Assembly: GCA_036172245.1 (NCBI GenBank)
Contig: JAYWIR010000056.1
Location: 620,001 to 684,000, forward strand
Length of the DNA stretch: 64,000 nucleotides
Reading direction: 5' to 3'
Source: Raillietiella orientalis
Taxonomy: Eukaryota
The stretch's first letter is position 1. Each line of letters starts with the position of its first letter. The notes beneath the pieces were generated by a model, which was not told the DNA's origin, did no database searches, and saw only the letters and a program-made list of their open reading frames with translations. Shown here piece after piece: positions 59,118 to 64,000 of this stretch. Both the position numbers and the translations under genes were made by a program.

Positions 59118-59439
59118 TTTTAATAAAAGTGATGCTCGCAAATCAGTCGAATCTTCAGCATTCATCCCCTTTAACATTTTAATAAGGTCCTTTATGCAGA
59201 CTTGTGCTGGGAATTGCTGGTGATGTGTACCAAAGGTGCACTCAGATGCAAATTAGATCCAACTGTTTGATTACAGTCAAAATGAAGCAGCAGATATCAG
59301 ACCAAGTTCACTAAAGCAGTAAAAGAGTTGGCTTACAATCAAGTAGACTGACATTTGTAGCTACCAAACCTATGCAAGTGCTTGTAAAGGTTCGGAAGAA
59401 TTGGCCGAAAACTAAGGTCTGCGGAGCAGATGCGGGGCC

Positions 59440-60680
59440 CATGAAGTGAACTTCCCCGTGTGGTCATGGCCCACATCACCATGGCGTGAAATTCCAGGTA
59501 CCGTTTCACCTTCTTTGTTCGGTGCACTGCCTGCACGAGCGCGGACGGACGTCGTGGTTTCCGTGTTCTGCAAGAGGCCCCCGAAGAGTCGGCAGGAGTT
59601 GCTAGTCCTCGCACCCGAACCCAAGCCACACCCCGCAGCAAGAAGAAGACGGCCAGCGGCCGTTGACGACGGGGGTTAACAGCATTAGCGAGCCATCTTC
59701 GCCGCCCGCAGCCAAGGTCGCCTTCGCCGGGGGTCAAGCCATACCGGAGGGCGGTCCATTCACACTTTGGTTTCAAAGATGAATTTCGACCTCTATCACT
59801 CTCATCCGTCCCAGAACACCGAATCGTTGGTTGAAGGGCATTCTGTGAAAGAATGTCATCCAACCTACACGATCCAAGTATGGCCGAATTTTTTCCTTCT
59901 TCCTGTTCTGAAAAATAGACGAACGGAAACTGACGAACACACAGCACCGACTCAAAAAAAAGTACAAAGTTTTGCACGAACGGACAGTCTGTGGTTGGTT
60001 TCGAGGGTTCCTTCAAAACCGAATGGGGCAACCGGGAAGCAACCGATCGCAGCGAAACGCACCACTGCGGGTGGCAGTGCACCACCAACTCCTACTCCAG
60101 AGCACACCCAGCACCGGTTCAGGAGGCTGAGATCTGATCCCGGAAGAGGTGCGTGCACTCGCACAAACAACTCTGTGTCTTCCGACTGCTGTGCGCGGTG
60201 CCACCAGTTATTTGGTTGTTGTTGTTGTAGAGCAAGAGGCGCCAGCAACCTTACCACCTTCTTCGTAGGGCTTTTTTGGCAGTTGCTTTGAGTGCAAAAG
60301 AAGAAGCACCAGACCGTCAAGTCTCTTTGCGTCTCCGAAACAGTCGCCGCCTTATCTTTTCCTCGCTTTGTGATTCCCGTGATGATTTCTGATTTTTGAG
60401 TTTCTTCACAGCATCCGACAGAGGCCGCGTGTTGCCTCTGCACTTCCTCCGCCGCATAAGAATGAGGAGGCGTGTCTGCAACGCCATCAGGGTTGCCATC
60501 ATCAGTCAGTGCACAGACAGTGCGTATCCACGTATCTGTATCCTGGCTGTTGCGAGGAAGGTGCTGCTGACCGGTTCCCAAGGGGGAAGTGTCAGCATGA
60601 ATTTTTTTCCGGTTCCACAGAATGGTTCGAACGAGAGGCGCCATCGTCAGGGAACCGGTGACCGGGGCAGCCGAGCAGCA
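59440..60680 (-). mobile_element. Possible decayed Ty3/Gypsy integrase fragment
   Basis: Minus strand PRNSQDTDTWIRTVC resembles WP.M..D+..WVR.C (H2C2), and RGVAWVR...PSALV...KVKRY resembles the G..VWVR...PRSY.V...RR C-terminal segment. Weak evidence. Confidence 0.3.
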
Positions 60681-60999
60681 GTGACATCCGTGTCCCACGC
60701 AGTAGCCTCAAAACTAAGAAATTCCAGGCCGAAAAAATGCATCGCTAAAAAAATAAAAATAAAAATGCACGAGATGCATTTCTGGCAGTTTGGCGGCAGC
60801 ATGCCTTTTGCGTGTTTTTCCATCCGTGTTCTAAAGATATTTCATCTAAAGAGCTTCGTCTTTTTTTTTTTCTTCTTTTTTTTTTTCTATTACTATTTAA
60901 TCCCTCACAGAGCAGAGTAATGTGAATGCATGCCGCCGTTGTACTCAGTGATTACCGCAGAGGTCATATAGGTTAGGACGGCGTGGGATTCTCTCGTAG

Positions 61000-62850
61000 G
61001 TCTTTCCGTTTTGGCGTTGAATGGTTGAGTTTGCAGTCCGAAAGCGACACACGGAGAAAAAGTGGTGGAGACGGTACTTTTCGAACCCCCAGGCGTTTCA
61101 GCATTTCTGAAGTAAGCGGCACGAAGTCCTCTCGCATCACAGGGGCAGGAGGCACTCGCGGAGTCCTTGCATTCGGAAGTGCGTGCCACCGTCGTCTGGA
61201 CCAACGCGCGCTGCCTCCGTGGTCGCCAGCGGGCGGCGGCGCTGTTGAGATCTTCGAGCAGCAGCTCTCGCCGGGATGGCAGCGACTTCCTTGCAGGGGC
61301 GCCAAGGCCGACCGCTTCTTCGAGACACCGATGGCGTTCCGAATGGTTCCGAGGAAGCGGTTCCGTTTCACTAGACAGAAGCAGACGACTTTCTCTCCCT
61401 CCACCTCTCTCTCCCGCGGAAACCAAACACGCGACTTTTCCGAGTCGTGGGAAACGCCGAAAATCATCAGCAAAGCTCCTCCTTTCCCCCTCAACATCCG
61501 AACTTCTCCTTCCGAAACTCGACTGCTCCACGAGGATGCTTCGCCACACTCTCAACAGATACGATCGTTTCGTTCCATCCAAAGCCAATTGCCATTTTCG
61601 CGGTTGCTTCGTCATTTTGTAAACATCGCCTCGGTAGACCGGGAAAAAAAAAAGGAAATTCCCAGATCGGTTTGAAGTGCAGATCTCCGTCGTCACCAGA
61701 TGAACCGTCGCTGCTCGGTATCGACGCTGGTAATCTTTATTCTTCCTCTTCCACGTTCCCGATCTCGAGGAGCCGAAAATCACCCGGGGAGTGTCAGTGC
61801 CTGCTTGACAGTGCCCGTCTCCCCATAGGTATTCCAGCTGCCGTCCGTCCGAGGTAGGCGAAAACGAACCCCACTAGGAAACCCGTCGTCACCATGGAAA
61901 CTGCAGGCTTGCTCTCTCCGGCGGGGACTGAACTCGCTTCAAGCGCACTTTTCGAAGCTGGATCTATGCTTTCTAAAGAAAAGAAAAAAAAGCGTTATTT
62001 CTAGAGTGTGCCATCTTTTCGCTAGTCGGTGCATTTTCGCTTCGAGATTTTGGAGTCCTCGAAGTTCCTCCTCCCAGCCTGCTTGTAAACACTGGATGAT
62101 TCGTTCGAGACCAAGGAAGCGTTCCAATCCTTCGTGTTCCCGTTGCCGTTATTTTCTGGGATGCTGTCTCCAGGCGTCCTTTCGTCTCCGTGCGTTTTTT
62201 CCGAACACACTTGCCTGTCTTCCCCGAATGTGGTTTCGCGATCCCGTTTTCACACACGGGTGGATCAGGAATCCGGATTTGCGGGGAACCTCCAGTGAAA
62301 ACAACAAAAAAAAAAAACAAGAAAAATCAGTGATGGCCGGAAGGGTGGTGGTGCCGGAACGCTGCTACTGTTCCGGATGCCCAGCGCAGGACGTTCGAAA
62401 GACATGGGATCGAGAAGCAGGTGAATCCAGGGACTTCGAACGTGCGAGGATAGAATCCCGAGAGGCCACGTACTGCATGCGCGCGCGTGTTTGTTTACAT
62501 TTAGTTCCTGTAAACCAAAAAAAAAGCCTTCCCTGTTCACCGAAGAGTGAGATTCGGGAACACTCGAAGGTGATACGGTCACCTATTTTCTGTCTCTCTC
62601 TCCCTAAAGACGACTCCGATAAAACAGCTCCACTTTGTTTTCTTCGGCGAACCCACTCCGACCACTTCGTTCGGAAGAGCAAGTCCGAGGCGGTTTCGGT
62701 GCTCGGCGACCCCACGGCAGGTCGCCCACCTCGCGTCCTCCAGTAGTCATGCAATAGTGGGTCCGATTTACCACGTCGGCTGTGAAAAGTCGGATGCGTG
62801 GCGCCAGATGCCAGCAAGCGAGAAAGCGGGAAAACTCCAAGCATCCTGCA
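61000..62850 (-). mobile_element. Decayed L1/Tx1-like LINE ORF2 (RT to C-terminus)
   Basis: Ordered minus-strand remnants: VVNR...TGGREVGDLPW (VNG...GVRQGDPLS), RFLGL...GWEEEL...KMHRLAKRW (YLG...W...K+...W), KQPRKWQLAL (PK..GGLG-like), and SLPSRRELL...SCPC (zf-RVT-like). Confidence 0.5.
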
Positions 62851-62879
62851 AGCTCCCCTCTTTCAGAAGAGCAGACCAA

Positions 62880-63700
62880 CGTACTTGCCCCTAGACGGGT
62901 GGTGAGCTGCTGGGAGACGATTCACTCCAGACAATGACGTGGGTTGCACTTAGACGAGGGCATCCCTATTCACACTGTTTGCGACGCTCACAGCCCCGAG
63001 CTTTCCAACACACCGACACAGTCGCCATAGCGCCCGACGAGGTTGCAGTACTCGATCACCATGGTGTCTGCGACTGTAAGGGGGCTTTCCAGCATGGAAA
63101 AGAACGTTGAAATTTCCTTGGAGAGGCAGGAAAGCAGGGAGGATCCAGATCCAGGTGTTTCAATACGCAATAAACAGTGCTAGTGCACGCATCACCGGTG
63201 GGCGCCACCATGCCAGGCCATGATGATCAAAGAATCAAGGTTCTCGATAGTGCTCCCATCTCGCGGTTCGTTCGGATACTTAATGCCAGGTGATGCTGTC
63301 TCGCGGGTCCGGGAGATACATCCAGCAGCTCGCACCCGTTGTTGCACCCCGTTTGTGTGAGCGCAGAGAACAAGCCTTCTATGGACCTCCACCCGTGTCC
63401 CATCTCTTGCTCTGCAATCGAAGCCTGGGAACCTTCTCTTCACTACTGCTGTCCACGGCTCGGGAATAAGATCGTTCTTTTCAGTTGAGGGATTTCTCTG
63501 GGGTCAGTACGGTCCTCATTCTCTTCTTATACCTAGCCGCGGGCTCCATCCTCATGCTGTTTTCGCAGCTCTGGCCCTATGGAGGCTCACAACCCGCCAT
63601 TCGTCGCTCTCGTGGCTGGAGCCGGAACGCCGCACGAGGACTGTTAACTTTGCGTGTTGGCAGCAAGGAAGTCAGCGTTAGGTCGCTTGCTGGCCCGGAA
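62880..63700 (-). mobile_element. Decayed R2/NeSL-type element, CCHC + restriction-like endonuclease region
   Basis: Minus strand CRARDGTRVEVHRRLVLCAHTNGVQQRV aligns by eye to the R2-type CRAGC..ET..HILQ.C.RTHG.RI.RH, followed by a PD-like DSLII segment. Confidence 0.45.
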
Positions 63701-64000
63701 ACGGTGGACGCAGTCACGCTGAGGCGCATGGACACTTTGCGCCCGTTACATCTCGGATCACTTCAGCTGCTGGAGCAGAGTGCAGCCGTTGTTTCGGTAG
63801 GCTCGTTGCAGTGGGTCGCCCAATTGCAAGGAGCAGAAGTGGCATTTCGGTTGGTGCAGTCATCTGCGGTTGCAGCAGCTTCGAGATTCTTTCTGGAAGA
63901 CCTGATCTCCGGAGGCGATCGGCGTGGTTGCTCCGGACGGCCATCGACCTGGGTCTGCTTCCATACGGAGTGGCCGGCGCCGAACGGACCGTCTTGTTTG

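Noticed and set aside
62396..62420. GAAAGACATGGG, matching part of miR-71
   Set aside because: Only about 12 nt match, there is no convincing precursor hairpin, and it lies inside a LINE relic.
1..64000. CRISPR arrays, rRNA genes, prokaryotic operons or intact transposase/RT ORFs
   Set aside because: None seen; the DNA is spliceosomal-intron-containing eukaryotic sequence and all TE coding remnants are broken.

Overview
Eukaryotic, probably arthropod-like invertebrate DNA: the Rab GDI C-terminus and a TPPP exon resemble insect-type sequences, but the taxon cannot be fixed from sequence alone. I reconstructed four multi-exon genes splice site by splice site: TGFBRAP1/Vps3-type CORVET subunit (-, 11 exons, ~831 aa), Rab GDI (+, 9 exons, ~441 aa), ATG7 (+, 13 exons, ~665 aa) and VGLL4/Tgi with two Tondu domains (-, 6 coding exons, ~244 aa). 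There is also an intronless NT5DC1-like HAD nucleotidase (+) and an orphan TPPP/p25-alpha-like exon (+). The housekeeping genes sit in AT-rich, CpG-poor blocks and have very short introns (mostly 42-58 nt, often with AAG acceptors). The GC/CpG-rich blocks contain the VGLL4 locus and many heavily decayed L1/Tx1-like LINE remnants, plus an R2-like piece, a possible Gypsy piece and a tRNA-derived SINE, nearly all on the minus strand. The three best leads are hypotheses. (1) A candidate micro-exon non-coding transcript starts divergently from the TGFBRAP1 promoter, has structured introns and points into a uniformly antisense TE graveyard (snoRNA-host-like or uni-strand piRNA-cluster-like). (2) A compact module at the VGLL4 5' end combines a tandem TEAD site, a perfect 42-bp palindrome and a (GC)11 tract. 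(3) The introns show an unusual short, weak-signal splicing pattern. Most ORFs in the supplied track are spurious GC-rich readthroughs. TE boundaries are approximate.
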